A stretch of 61,953 nucleotides of DNA, counting the filler. It is 10 parts of 10 records of this genome, joined end to end, with 100 filler letters (N's around TTAATTAATTAA, not from the genome) between each part and the next. Parts side by side here need not be neighbours in the genome. Positions count along the whole stretch, not along the records: positions 1 to 10,934 come from SRR11831585_83; 9 more parts are not named here. One strand, given 5' to 3'. Each line of letters begins with the position of its first letter. Positions within the stretch are counted from its first letter, which is position 1. Shown here in pieces: positions 1-11,034 of the stretch. Both the position numbers and the translations under genes were made by a program. The notes beneath the pieces are model-generated. The model searched no databases. It was not told the origin of the DNA and worked only from the letters and a program-made list of their open reading frames with translations.

Positions 1-28
1 GCAGGTTCGAATCCTGCAGGGCGCGCCA
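1..28 (+). tRNA. argU: 3' part of tRNA-Arg (argU): T-arm and acceptor end with CCA. Either the true argU end or its duplicated DLP12 att copy
   Basis: GCAGGTTCGAATCCTGCAGGGCGCGCCA has the GTTCGAATC T-loop and terminal CCA. It lies next to envY, as in E. coli. Truncated by the window start. Confidence 0.75.
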
Positions 29-73
29 TTTCTTCCTCATTTATGCCCGTCTTATCCGTTTCCGCTTTGCCCT

Positions 74-833
74 TCACCACATCACTTTTTGTCGCTGTTT
101 GGCGAGATAATTCAACGGTGTCAGGCCGTAAAACGCCTTAAAAACAGAGATAAAGTACGACGTGCTGCTATAGCCACATAATTGCGCCACCTGAGTGATA
201 TTTTTGTTATCCATCAATAACATCTGTACGGCGTAACGCATACGACACTCTGTGACAATCTGGCTATAGCTGGTATTTTCGTTTTTAATTCTTTTTGAGC
301 AGGCTGGGGCTTAAACATAGCGAACTGGCGACAATTCGCAGATTCCAGTAATGCTGAATATCGCTTTGAATAATGCGGCAGACGCTGTCGCGGACGCTGC
401 TGCGTAAGATATACATCAGTAGGGCAATAAACCGCGATTGCTCAAGAAAGTTAGACAATACGGTAAAAAGCAATGCGCGCGTCAACTCCGCTTCGCAGGG
501 TCTGCTGGGTTGCTGCTTGCTGTGGTTGGCGGCTAGCCGGAACACTTCCGGTGTACGGCTATGACAAGCGATAACCGGGGTTGCCAGCCGCGACCAGGGC
601 TTTACACAGGTTAAGTTCTTATTTAAAAACAACAGATAATCGTTGATGATGTTACGGTTGATGTGGGTGATTAATACGTGATTTAACGTTGAGAGTTCAA
701 TGACGTTATTGTTGCACGCGAAGGCGGCCAGGTAGTTTTTCGGAAGGGTAAACGTAGCATGGTTATTGACGCTTACCTCTACCTCTTTTTCGGTCAGGAT
801 CACCACGCAAGGTTCACTGCTGCTCAATTGCAT
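74..833 (-). pseudogene. envY: AraC-family porin thermoregulator EnvY, frameshifted as assembled
   Basis: ORF 285-833 matches the EnvY N-terminus and stops at LLKKN*. The HTH C-terminus (ENTSYSQIVTECRMRYA...KQRQKVMW*) continues in another frame to TGA at 74-76. The total of 760 nt is not a multiple of 3. Confidence 0.85.
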
Positions 834-1015
834 TTCGCACTCCTCAGATATCAGAAACTCCGCTCAAAGGATCTATGCTTCCTGCATGAGTGATCGGCCC
901 GTTCGCCGATAACGATCTTCTTTCTTTAGCACGCTTTTTAGCAATTAATCTTGATGGAATTCTGATGAGAGCGAAAGAGGTAAGCCAGGTCGTACCCGAC
1001 TTACCTGGAGGAGAT

Positions 1016-1906
1016 TTAATACTCGAGAATGCCGTGCGCGACGGGCAAATAGCGCAGAGAGAAATAGAGAGTGTCTTTACCGCAAGAGGAACGTTTCGCT
1101 AACAGCGAGGCAATTTCTGCGTCCGGTTTCGGTTTCGCTGTAAAGGTTTTGCCTTTGCCGGCGACAAAAAGTTCATAAACAACGCCGCTGGCAGGGGCGG
1201 GACTTTGGCAATCGGCGCTGGCCTGTAAATAACGTTCACGCTGTTCAGCGGTCAGTTTATCCACGCCGCTGCCATCCTGTACCCAGACATTAACGCCGGT
1301 TGCTTTAACGTGTTCCAGCAGTTGGCGATAGCCATCGGGCGACATGTTTCCGGCGAAAAAACTACTGATATAAACCGGTTTTGCTGAAACATCGCTAATC
1401 AGCCGCTGCGCGTTGTTTAACCATGTTAGCAAAGGCTGACGGGCGGCTTCGCTGCGCCAGTTCAGGTCGTCAATTTCCGCGCTGATGTACCAGCCATCCG
1501 GCGTTATGCCAGGCGCGGCGCTCCATAATCTGGCTTGCTGGAGATCGGCAGCCAGCAGGCGATTAAGATAGCTTTCCAGCGCTGCGGACGACTGTTTCTG
1601 GTGCATAAAAAATTCCGGATCGGCGTTCAGCCCGACAATAAGCTTCAGACCAGCCTGTTGCGCAGCTGCGGCCCGCTTAAACAATAACGTGCGCTGTTCT
1701 GGCTGGGTAAATGCATCGCCGTAACGGGTCCATTGCAAAACAAGGGTATCGAAGCCTTGCAAACGTAACTGACTCATCAGCCCCTGCCACTGGGTATCGG
1801 TAACCTGACTATCTCGGTTTTGTGGTTGCCAGATAATACCTTTCATCGCAAAGGAAAAAGGGCTGACCAAAAGCAGTGTCAGCAATACGAAAATGAACTT
1901 ACGCAT
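1016..1906 (-). CDS. ybcH: Periplasmic DUF4434 glycoside-hydrolase-like protein YbcH
   Basis: 296 aa with signal peptide, directly downstream of nfrA. Sequence recognised. Confidence 0.9.
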   Translation of the reverse strand: MRKFIFVLLTLLLVSPFSFAMKGIIWQPQNRDSQVTDTQWQGLMSQLRLQGFDTLVLQWTRYGDAFTQPEQRTLLFKRAAAAQQAGLKLIVGLNADPEFFMHQKQSSAALESYLNRLLAADLQQARLWSAAPGITPDGWYISAEIDDLNWRSEAARQPLLTWLNNAQRLISDVSAKPVYISSFFAGNMSPDGYRQLLEHVKATGVNVWVQDGSGVDKLTAEQRERYLQASADCQSPAPASGVVYELFVAGKGKTFTAKPKPDAEIASLLAKRSSCGKDTLYFSLRYLPVAHGILEY

Positions 1907-4879
1907 TTACCAGTGCACTCCAATGGTGAGAAACGCGTTGTTGCGCTCTCCGTTACGTTGATTAATCGCCTTAAAGGTATGTTGATACTCGACGCCGAGA
2001 CTGACTTTGTGCGGCCAGGCGTCGTAGTGCGTCTCGCCGGTCCAGATATTCCAGCGGACCCCGACTCCGCCAAGCTGCGCGCCCTGAGTGCCTTTATCAC
2101 GATAGCCGTTGTCCTGAACGTGAGCGTAAGGCTCAATAGTCTGTCCGTTAGCTACCTTCTGATGCCAGCTGACGCGATAATCTGCCGTCCACGCCTGAAT
2201 ATCCTGGCGGATATATTGCGCCGCATCGAGGTACAGGTTTTGGGCAAACCAGCCTGAACCGTTCGGGTGCCATTCGTCGCTGTATTTGCCGCCATTAAAG
2301 AATGAGGCGCTGGCGCGCAGCATGGTATCGGATGCGCCATTTTGGCCGTTCAGCGGCAACTGCTGTTCGACGGCGATGAAAAAGATCTGATCGCGCAGCG
2401 GCTTCCAGCGCAGACCGGTGCCGGACATCGGATTTTTCACCGGCATCATCACCCCGTTTTCTCCGGTATCGGCAAAGACGCGGCTATAAACTGAGAGCAG
2501 GTCGCCTTCCAGCAGCATATTGCGTCCGATGCGGTACTCGGCTTCCAGTTGTCCGTAGCTACGATAGCTTTTCCCTGGCGCTGCGCCGCCGACATTATTG
2601 TTAGCGGTACTCATTGCGCCGGAACGCAAGCCGATGGAAGAATCGAAACTGAACGTCCAGCGGCGACCGACCTCCTCATGCAAACGGCGGAAATTGAAGC
2701 GTTGTTGATTTTGTTCTGGGGTCAGTGGGGTTATCAGCGCCTGATTATCAATGTCATCAATCACCAGCCGGGCGTAGTGCTGCGTCGCAGGCATGTCATC
2801 CAGACGCTGGTTCACGTAGGCCAGTTGTCGGATCAGTGCCGGATCGTCCGGAAGCCCTTTATGCGCCGGTTCGAGCATTTCCCGCGACTGTGCGATATCA
2901 CCGCTATCCCACAAGGCGTAACCAAGCGCTGCCTGGGTGTTGCTATTATTCGGTTCCAGTTCCAGCGCGGCGCGCAAATCACTCACCGCGGCCGGGACAT
3001 TATGACGTTGGCGATAAATTGTCGCCCGCGCAACGTAAGCGTTGGCAGAAGGCGCAATATTGATTGAGCGCGTGAGATCGTTCAGTGCGAGTTCCGGCTG
3101 ACCAGGAATGTAACGTTGCGCATGCAGCCACCAGTAGAGGGCATTGCTTCCCAGTCCACGTTTTTCTGCCTGTTGTAGCCAGCGATCGCGAGCCGCACCA
3201 TTTCCTGCCGCCTGGGCGGTATTGGCAGCAGCAAGCAGATCCTCATTGCTCATGTCGTGAAGACTGATTTTCTGCCAGGCCGCCAGTGCGGTGGCGTAGT
3301 CCTCAACCTGATACGCCTGATAGGCTACCGCACGATGTTGCCAGGCGCTCGGTTGTCGTTGTTCGGCCTGAAGCCATGCATACAACGCCACACCGGGTAG
3401 CGTGTCCCGATAACACTTTGCCAGACGGTTCCAGGCGGCGGCATCGTAGGAAGGCGACATATCGCCCAGCAAGCGAACTATTGCCGGGCAATTATCTGCA
3501 ATACCCGGCAACTGACTTTGCCACTGACGTTGCTCCGCCAGCGGTAAGGGTTTCGATAAAATCGCCACCTTCGCCGGCGTTGCCAGGTAAGGATGACTTT
3601 CCAGCAGAGACGCCAGTCGCGCCATTAAAGTCTGGCTGACACGCGCATCGCCCTGGAAAGGATAGCGTTGCAGCAATAAATCGGCAGCTTCGCGTGACTG
3701 CTCGTTCTGCATCAGTTGCCAGGTTAGTTGATCCAGGCGGGTAAGATTTGCCGGTTCTTGCTGATACAGCAATCGTGCCAGACGCAGAGCTTCAGCCTTG
3801 TTACGGGTCGCCACGCTGACAGCATAACGCTCCTCAAGCATTTCATTGGCGGGGAGGGTGGCGAGCAGTTTTTGCGCTGCGTCGTACTGACCTTCTTTTA
3901 ACAGCACCGGTAGCGTCGCGCCAACAACATACTGGCGGTTGTCGGCAAACTGTACCGTATAATTCGCCAACGCCTGAACGGGGTTAGCGCTGTATTTAGA
4001 TAACAGATAGAGCCAACTTTTCTCTTGTGCGTCCGTGGTAAATAGTGGCTTATTTTCAATGAGATAATGCTGGAGGCGTGCTTTTTCGCCACGATAAGCC
4101 AGCGCGGTCGCGTAAGTAATATATGACTGAGGATCGGTGAAGATCCCCTGTGATTGCAGTGCCAGGATCCGATCGTCCAGCTGCCCGGCAAGAAGCACGT
4201 CAAACCACTGACGGCGTTCTGCCGCGCTTAATGTGTTCTGCTGGCGTGCTTCATTGTATAGCGTATCTGCCTGGGACCATTGTTTCAGGTAGATTGCCCG
4301 TTGCAGCAGATCGGTTCGCAGCGTTTTTCCTTCCGGCGATGCAGCAAACGTCGCATCGTTCAGTTGCGCTCTGGCGACAGGTAACTGTGCCAGCCGCAGG
4401 GCATTCTGCCCGACTTCACTGCGACAACGCAGGGTCGGCGCAGCATCGCACGCTTTTTGCTGGGCAAGCAGTTCTTCAACTGTCGTAACGCTTTTCACTT
4501 CAACCGGAATAGCCGCCAGACTGCGCTCAAGTCGGGCATCTCCTGGGTGACGTTTCAGTTGATCCTCAAGCAACAGCCGCGCCCGGTCATCATGACCAAA
4601 ATGGCGATAGGCTTCCGCAAGGTATAAAGTCAGCGGAATATTATCCGGCACCTGCTGGTGTATATATTCAAATTCGCGGATGGCGGTTGCTTCGTCGTTA
4701 TTTTTCTGTGCCTTCAGCGCTTTATCGAGACGGGGATAAATAACAAAATGGCGATAATCGCTCAGCCCCAGCTCTTCTGCGCTGGTGCCGATATTGTCTG
4801 CGAGTGCGCTGGTACTCAATAAAGACGTCAGCAGTAAACCAGACCATCCGATGACGCGATTAAGGTTATTCTCCTTCAT
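1907..4879 (-). CDS. nfrA: Phage N4 receptor outer-membrane protein NfrA (TPR repeats plus C-terminal beta-barrel)
   Basis: Start MKENNLNRV, signal peptide, TPR-like helices, C-terminal ...TIGVHW. Confidence 0.95.
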   Translation of the reverse strand: MKENNLNRVIGWSGLLLTSLLSTSALADNIGTSAEELGLSDYRHFVIYPRLDKALKAQKNNDEATAIREFEYIHQQVPDNIPLTLYLAEAYRHFGHDDRARLLLEDQLKRHPGDARLERSLAAIPVEVKSVTTVEELLAQQKACDAAPTLRCRSEVGQNALRLAQLPVARAQLNDATFAASPEGKTLRTDLLQRAIYLKQWSQADTLYNEARQQNTLSAAERRQWFDVLLAGQLDDRILALQSQGIFTDPQSYITYATALAYRGEKARLQHYLIENKPLFTTDAQEKSWLYLLSKYSANPVQALANYTVQFADNRQYVVGATLPVLLKEGQYDAAQKLLATLPANEMLEERYAVSVATRNKAEALRLARLLYQQEPANLTRLDQLTWQLMQNEQSREAADLLLQRYPFQGDARVSQTLMARLASLLESHPYLATPAKVAILSKPLPLAEQRQWQSQLPGIADNCPAIVRLLGDMSPSYDAAAWNRLAKCYRDTLPGVALYAWLQAEQRQPSAWQHRAVAYQAYQVEDYATALAAWQKISLHDMSNEDLLAAANTAQAAGNGAARDRWLQQAEKRGLGSNALYWWLHAQRYIPGQPELALNDLTRSINIAPSANAYVARATIYRQRHNVPAAVSDLRAALELEPNNSNTQAALGYALWDSGDIAQSREMLEPAHKGLPDDPALIRQLAYVNQRLDDMPATQHYARLVIDDIDNQALITPLTPEQNQQRFNFRRLHEEVGRRWTFSFDSSIGLRSGAMSTANNNVGGAAPGKSYRSYGQLEAEYRIGRNMLLEGDLLSVYSRVFADTGENGVMMPVKNPMSGTGLRWKPLRDQIFFIAVEQQLPLNGQNGASDTMLRASASFFNGGKYSDEWHPNGSGWFAQNLYLDAAQYIRQDIQAWTADYRVSWHQKVANGQTIEPYAHVQDNGYRDKGTQGAQLGGVGVRWNIWTGETHYDAWPHKVSLGVEYQHTFKAINQRNGERNNAFLTIGVHW

Positions 4880-7103
4880 TTTCGGACTCCAGTTGCGCAA
4901 CCTGTTCTGTGTTTAAACCTGCTTTGAGTAATAGTGATTGCATCGAAACTTGTAATTCGCGTTGAATTGTCAGGACGCGATCCAACGTTTCCTGGCTGAT
5001 AACGCCTTCGGTGACCAAAAACTTGCCGAGCGGCAGAGAACTGCGTTCATGGCGCAATAACAACACGTTAATTGCTGAACGATTAATATGACCGAGCGTG
5101 GTCAGTATTTCGGCGAACAGGAACTGATGCGGCACATATTGCCGCCAGATTTCACCGGCCTGCTGTTCCGTGAGCCACTGATGCTGAACCGCATTGTACA
5201 ACATTGCCCGCGGATCGTGACCGCGTCGGCGTGCATACCAGTGACGTAACCCTGTGACAATTTGTCCCCGCAGAACAATGACGTAACGCACTTTGCGTCC
5301 GACTTTACGCGTCAGGGCCGCCAGCGAAACCGGGTCAATACCATCTTCACTGCCGACAATTAACTCGTCATTTTCCAGACGCAGCGGCAGTACCGCATAA
5401 TGCAGCGCCACGGAGGCCGGCATTTCGGCAATCAGCGAGGAAGGGATCTGCCAGGCATCGATGGATTCCCACGCCACGCCGTTTTGCTCTGCCAGCGCCT
5501 GTGCCAGCTGCTCGGCGCTAATCAGCCCCTGCATCAGCATTGAACCGCCCAGGCGTAGACCTTCGACGCGATTACGCAGTGCTGTATCGAGTTGTTCTTC
5601 AGTGATGACCTGATTTTCCAGCAGAATTTGACCTAACGGGCGCAACGAGCGGGTATCGCCAGTCACGCTGGGGAAGTCATGCGTTGTTTTATCCCACGCC
5701 ACGCGACGTGGATCGCCGTGTTGAAGTACCTGTTTTAGCGCGCGCCAGTTGGCCATGAAGTTAATCAGGTTGCCCCAGAAAAGACGCAGGACGGAAAGCA
5801 GCCCCTGCGTCAGGCCGTAGTAGCCAGTAACGAAAATCACCCGCTGCACGATGCGGTTAACCATCAAACCAAAGTTTAGCCACAGCAGGGTCATTAACCA
5901 TGCGCTGCCGCTGAAAATAGAAAGGAAATGCCAGGCATCGGGCCACAAACTTTCATACGCCAGCAACAGCAAAAGCTGGATCATCACCAGCATCGCGAGG
6001 AAGCTGACAAAGTTACTGATTGCCCCTTTGCGGTCGCGCCAGAGAAAGTAGTTCAGCGTCAGGCTGGAGGTCCATTTATGGGTTTTAAAGCCTTGGAAAA
6101 CAATGCCGATGATCCAGCGGGATTTTTGTCGAACCGCAGTCGAAAAGGTATCGGGGAAATATTCGCGCACGCAGATCATGTTTGATGTCCGCGCGTGCTG
6201 TAAAAATTTACGCTGCTCGCGTTCTTTGGCTTCGTCCACCACCGGAAAACGGACAAAAATTTCCGTCATACCTTTTTCTTTCAGGCGGAAGCCAATGTCG
6301 TAATCTTCAGTAAGACTCTGCACGTCGAAAGCAATACCGTCACCGTCAGCTAACAGTGCGGTCACGGCGCGGCGGCTGAAACAGGTGCCGACGCCTGCGC
6401 TGGGCACTTGTCCGGCGAGGGCTTCACGCACCGGAACATCTTTGCCATGCAGCTCTGAAAACTCATCAATGTAAGTCATGCTGGTGAAGTGCGTCCATTC
6501 GCGTTCGAACGGATACACCGGGATCTGAATCAGATCTTTACGCTCGACCAGATAGTTGAACAGACGCAATTCCATCGGTGAAATCACATCTTCGGCGTCA
6601 TGCAGAATAAAACCAGCAAAAGCGAAATTGGCGCTACGCTCAAATTGGGTGATGGCGTCCAGCACGTTGTTCAGACAGTCGGCTTTGCTGGTGGGGCCAG
6701 GACGCGCGCAGACTACCTTATGCACATTCGGGAAGCGAGCGCACACTTCGTCAACATCACGCTGAGTATCGGGGTCGTTGGGGTAGGTGCCAACAAAGAT
6801 ATGATAGTTTTCGTAGTCGAGCGTGGTCGCCGCCAGCTCGGCCATATTGCCGATGACGCCCGTTTCATTCCACGCCGGAACCATAATCGCTAACGGTTTT
6901 TCATCTGGTTTATACAGTTCGCGGTAACTCATTCGCGGGTAGCGGCGATAAACACTCAACTTGCGTTTAATGCGGCGTACCCAGTAGACGACATCAATAA
7001 AAAAATCGTCCAGCCCGCTGATGAACATGATGACCGCTAACGTTATCGCGATTACTTTTAAGCCGTAGAGCCAGGTAGCAAAAACATCAAGAAGCCAGTC
7101 CAC
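4866..7103 (-). CDS. nfrB: NfrB, GT2 glycosyltransferase with MshEN c-di-GMP-binding domain
   Basis: 745 aa with DAED, TED and QKSRW GT2 motifs, TM helices and RPLGQILL/LRLGGSML MshEN-like motifs. Confidence 0.95.
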   Translation of the reverse strand: MDWLLDVFATWLYGLKVIAITLAVIMFISGLDDFFIDVVYWVRRIKRKLSVYRRYPRMSYRELYKPDEKPLAIMVPAWNETGVIGNMAELAATTLDYENYHIFVGTYPNDPDTQRDVDEVCARFPNVHKVVCARPGPTSKADCLNNVLDAITQFERSANFAFAGFILHDAEDVISPMELRLFNYLVERKDLIQIPVYPFEREWTHFTSMTYIDEFSELHGKDVPVREALAGQVPSAGVGTCFSRRAVTALLADGDGIAFDVQSLTEDYDIGFRLKEKGMTEIFVRFPVVDEAKEREQRKFLQHARTSNMICVREYFPDTFSTAVRQKSRWIIGIVFQGFKTHKWTSSLTLNYFLWRDRKGAISNFVSFLAMLVMIQLLLLLAYESLWPDAWHFLSIFSGSAWLMTLLWLNFGLMVNRIVQRVIFVTGYYGLTQGLLSVLRLFWGNLINFMANWRALKQVLQHGDPRRVAWDKTTHDFPSVTGDTRSLRPLGQILLENQVITEEQLDTALRNRVEGLRLGGSMLMQGLISAEQLAQALAEQNGVAWESIDAWQIPSSLIAEMPASVALHYAVLPLRLENDELIVGSEDGIDPVSLAALTRKVGRKVRYVIVLRGQIVTGLRHWYARRRGHDPRAMLYNAVQHQWLTEQQAGEIWRQYVPHQFLFAEILTTLGHINRSAINVLLLRHERSSLPLGKFLVTEGVISQETLDRVLTIQRELQVSMQSLLLKAGLNTEQVAQLESENEGE

Positions 7104-7252
7104 ACAAAAACCTTACATTAACGCTGGTTATGTTTAGGGTGGCGTATATTAAGGTTTTTTATGAATTGTGACAGCTTTTTACCATTAATAGGTATGACTA
7201 TTGCGGCACGTTATTTTTACACTGGTTATAAAAGTTGCCGTTTGCTGAAGGA

Positions 7253-8695
7253 TTAAGCGGGTAATGTGATAACAAACCTTGTCCCCCGCGCATCCGACGT
7301 TACCGCAACCGTGCCTTTATGCGCGACAACAATCGATTTCACTATCGCCAGGCCAATACCGCTACCTTCACCTTTTCGCTGGCGGGAGGGGTCAACGCGA
7401 TAGAAACGGTCAAACAATCGCGGTAAGTGCTCGGGCGCAATGGGCGTACCGGGGTTTTCGACGATAACTTGCACCAGGTGATCGACCGTCTGACAGCGCA
7501 CTACAATTGTCTCTCCGGTTGGCGTATAACGCAGGGCGTTCGAAAGCAGGTTGCTTAGCGCCCGACGCAGCATCAGCGGATCGCCCGCGACCTGACACTT
7601 GTCGCCAACAAACCGCAACTCCACGCCGCGATCTTCCGCTAACGCCTCGAAAAAATCGAACACTTTGCCGACTTCATCCGCCAGGTTGAGCATTTTCTTT
7701 TCGGGGATTAGCTGGTTGTTATCGGCCTGAGCGAGAAACAGCATATCGCTGACCATTTTCGCCATTCGCGTCAGCTCTTCGAGATTAGAGTAGAGCACAT
7801 CTTCCAGCTCCTTCTGGCTGCGCGACTGGCTGAGGGCGATTTCGGTTTGCGTTATGAGATTCGTAATTGGTGTGCGAATTTCGTGAGCGATATCCGCTGA
7901 GAAATTGGACTGGCGGGTAAAGACATCCTCAATACGCTCGATCATATGGTTGAACGACAGTACCAGCTGTTCCAGCTCAATGGGCACGGTCTGCGGGTCG
8001 AGGCGAACGTCGAGATCTTTCGAGGTAATATTCTGGATTTGACGGCTGACGCTGCGGATCGGCGCGTGACCTTTATGTACCGCCAACAGTACGATAAAGA
8101 CGATCAGGATGCTGATTACCGATGCGGTCATAATAAGTTTATTCATCAAATCATTTATGTAATGAAGATGAAAATCGATCGAAAGCGCGATGTAGAGCGT
8201 ATAAATCGGTTTGCCGTCCACCAACGGGCCAACCGGCAAGTTAATCATCCGCCAGTTGCTGTGTTCCATATGCCCGTGACCGTGGCCTGGCATCATCATC
8301 GTCGGGCCGGAAAGGAGATACACCTCGCCACCCTGAGCGTCTTTATCGGGTATGGCGTCACGCGTAAACTCGCGGATATCCGGCGCACCGGGGGAGTGAT
8401 ACACCGTTTTACCCTGACTATCTGCCAGGGAAATCAACACATTGGAATAACCACTGACGATATCTTCCAGCGTCATTAAGCGTCGGGCTTGCGTTTCGTC
8501 AGGGTGATTTAGTACCCGTTCAAGGGTGGCGCTAATCTCTTTTAAATCATTAATATCCTGCTCGGCAAAATGAACTTTTACTGAGTGGATCATGATCCAT
8601 GCAAAGGCGAAAAACGCCGCGATGGTGGCCAGGCTGATAAAAAAGGTCAGGCGGGTTGCCAGCGAAAACGGGCGCTGAAATGGCTTACTGACCAT
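7253..8695 (-). CDS. cusS: Copper/silver sensor histidine kinase CusS
   Basis: Start MVSKPFQ, H-box AHEIRTP, HATPase G-boxes. Confidence 0.95.
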
Positions 8696-9368
8696 CCGGC
8701 ACCTCAAGCATGTAACCCACGCCGCGCACGGTCTGAATTAGCTTCGGCTCAAAGTCGTTGTCGATTTTGCCGCGCAGCCGCTTCACCGCCACATCAATAG
8801 CATTGGTATCGCTGTCAAAATTCATGTCCCATACCTGCGAGGCGATAAGCGAGCGGGGCAGCACTTCGCCCTGATGGCGAAGGAAGAACTCCAGCAGAGT
8901 AAACTCTTTACTGGTCAAAGTGATGCGCGTGCCGCTGCGGGTGACTTTGCGGCTGACGAGATCGACCATCAAATCGGCAACCTGAAACTGACTTTCGATA
9001 ATCACCGCCGCCCCGCGCCGCAGTAATGTGCGCACCCGCGCCAGCAGTTCAGCAAAAGCGAATGGCTTCACCAGGTAGTCATCTGCCCCCAACTCCAGCC
9101 CCTTGACGCGATGTTCAATGGTGCCAAGCGCGGTAAGCAACAGAATCGGCATCCCTTTATTGGCGGAGCGTAACATGCGCACGATATCCCAGCCGTTCAC
9201 GTCCGGCAGCATAATATCGAGGATTATCAGATCATAATCACCGGTCATCGCCAGATGGTAGCCATTCAGCCCGTTGTCGGCCAAATCGACCACAAAACCG
9301 GCTTCGGTTAACCCTTTGGTCAAGTATTCTCCGGTTTTCTTTTCATCTTCGACAATCAACAGTTTCAT
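8685..9368 (-). CDS. cusR: Response regulator CusR
   Basis: 227 aa OmpR-family receiver plus winged helix. Confidence 0.95.
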
Positions 9369-9433
9369 ATTTCCTCCGCATGTTGCCCGGGCAATTCTAG
9401 AGTAGCGGGATCAGATGGCAATCGCTTATTGGC

Positions 9434-9455
9434 AAAATGACAATTTTGTCATTTT
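9434..9455. promoter_or_regulatory. CusR box (copper box)
   Basis: Palindrome AAAATGACAA-TT-TTGTCATTTT between divergent cusR and cusC. Confidence 0.85.
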
Positions 9456-9524
9456 TCTGTCACCGGAAAATCAGAGCCTGGCGAGTAAAGTTGGCGGCAT
9501 AAAATCACCAGAAATTATGAGCCT

Positions 9525-10898
9525 ATGTCTCCTTGTAAACTTCTGCCATTTTGTGTGGCCCTTGCGCTAACCGGTTGTTCACTGGCACCGGATTATCAGC
9601 GTCCGGCAATGCCCGTGCCGCAGCAGTTCTCACTCAGCCAGAACGGCCTGGTTAACGCAGCAGATAACTATCAGAACGCGGGCTGGCGCACCTTTTTTGT
9701 TGATAATCAGGTGAAGACGCTGATTAGCGAGGCGCTGGTGAATAATCGGGATTTGCGCATGGCGACGCTGAAAGTGCAGGAGGCACGGGCGCAATATCGT
9801 CTGACCGATGCCGACCGCTACCCACAGCTCAATGGCGAGGGCAGCGGCAGCTGGAGCGGTAATCTTAAAGGGAATACCGCCACGACACGGGAGTTTTCGA
9901 CCGGCCTTAACGCCAGCTTTGACCTCGATTTTTTCGGTCGCTTAAAGAACATGAGCGAAGCCGAGCGACAAAATTATTTAGCCACTGAGGAAGCTCAGCG
10001 CGCGGTGCATATTCTGCTGGTTTCTAATGTCGCGCAAAGCTATTTCAATCAGCAACTGGCGTATGCGCAATTGCAAATAGCCGAAGAAACGCTGCGTAAT
10101 TATCAGCAGTCATATGCGTTTGTCGAAAAACAACTGTTGACAGGTAGCAGTAATGTTCTGGCGCTGGAACAGGCTCGCGGGGTGATAGAAAGTACCCGCA
10201 GCGACATCGCTAAACGTCAGGGGGAACTGGCGCAGGCGAATAATGCATTGCAACTGTTGCTGGGAAGCTACGGCAAGCTGCCGCAAGCGCAGACAGTAAA
10301 CAGCGACAGCCTGCAAAGCGTTAAATTACCGGCGGGATTGTCGTCGCAAATCTTATTGCAGCGCCCGGATATTATGGAAGCTGAACACGCGTTAATGGCG
10401 GCTAATGCCAATATTGGCGCTGCACGCGCGGCATTTTTTCCGTCTATAAGCCTGACCAGCGGAATATCGACCGCCAGTAGCGATCTATCGTCATTATTTA
10501 ACGCCAGCAGCGGGATGTGGAATTTTATACCCAAAATTGAGATCCCCATTTTTAATGCCGGACGCAACCAGGCCAATCTGGATATCGCCGAAATTCGCCA
10601 GCAGCAGTCGGTGGTGAATTATGAACAGAAAATCCAGAACGCCTTTAAAGAAGTGGCAGATGCGCTGGCATTACGTCAAAGCCTGAACGATCAAATTAGC
10701 GCCCAGCAGCGTTATCTGGCATCGCTGCAAATTACTTTGCAACGGGCGCGGGCATTATATCAGCACGGCGCAGTAAGTTATCTGGAAGTGCTGGATGCCG
10801 AGCGTTCTTTATTTGCAACCCGACAAACTTTACTTGATCTGAATTATGCCCGTCAGGTTAACGAAATTTCTTTGTATACCGCACTTGGTGGCGGTTGA
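9525..10898 (+). CDS. cusC: Outer-membrane efflux lipoprotein CusC
   Basis: 457 aa, lipobox LTGC, OMF family. Confidence 0.95.
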   Translation: MSPCKLLPFCVALALTGCSLAPDYQRPAMPVPQQFSLSQNGLVNAADNYQNAGWRTFFVDNQVKTLISEALVNNRDLRMATLKVQEARAQYRLTDADRYPQLNGEGSGSWSGNLKGNTATTREFSTGLNASFDLDFFGRLKNMSEAERQNYLATEEAQRAVHILLVSNVAQSYFNQQLAYAQLQIAEETLRNYQQSYAFVEKQLLTGSSNVLALEQARGVIESTRSDIAKRQGELAQANNALQLLLGSYGKLPQAQTVNSDSLQSVKLPAGLSSQILLQRPDIMEAEHALMAANANIGAARAAFFPSISLTSGISTASSDLSSLFNASSGMWNFIPKIEIPIFNAGRNQANLDIAEIRQQQSVVNYEQKIQNAFKEVADALALRQSLNDQISAQQRYLASLQITLQRARALYQHGAVSYLEVLDAERSLFATRQTLLDLNYARQVNEISLYTALGGG

Positions 10899-10904
10899 CA
10901 GCAA

Positions 10905-10934
10905 TATACTCGTCATACTTCAAGTTGCATGTGC
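10905..10934 (+). repeat. Start of an ERIC/IRU repeat, truncated by contig end
   Basis: TATACTCGTCATACTTCAAGTTGCATGTGC matches the ERIC terminal sequence. Confidence 0.7.
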
Positions 10935-11034
10935 NNNNNNNNNNNNNNNNNNNNNNNNNNNNNNNNNNNNNNNNNNNNTTAATTAATTAANNNNNNNNNN
11001 NNNNNNNNNNNNNNNNNNNNNNNNNNNNNNNNNN
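10935..11034. other. Artificial contig spacer. The same spacer occurs at 21593-21692, 35553-35652, 38889-38988, 43090-43189, 46060-46159, 48265-48364, 54840-54939 and 58511-58610
   Basis: Identical 100-nt N runs with central TTAATTAATTAA, which puts stops in all six frames. Confidence 0.98.
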
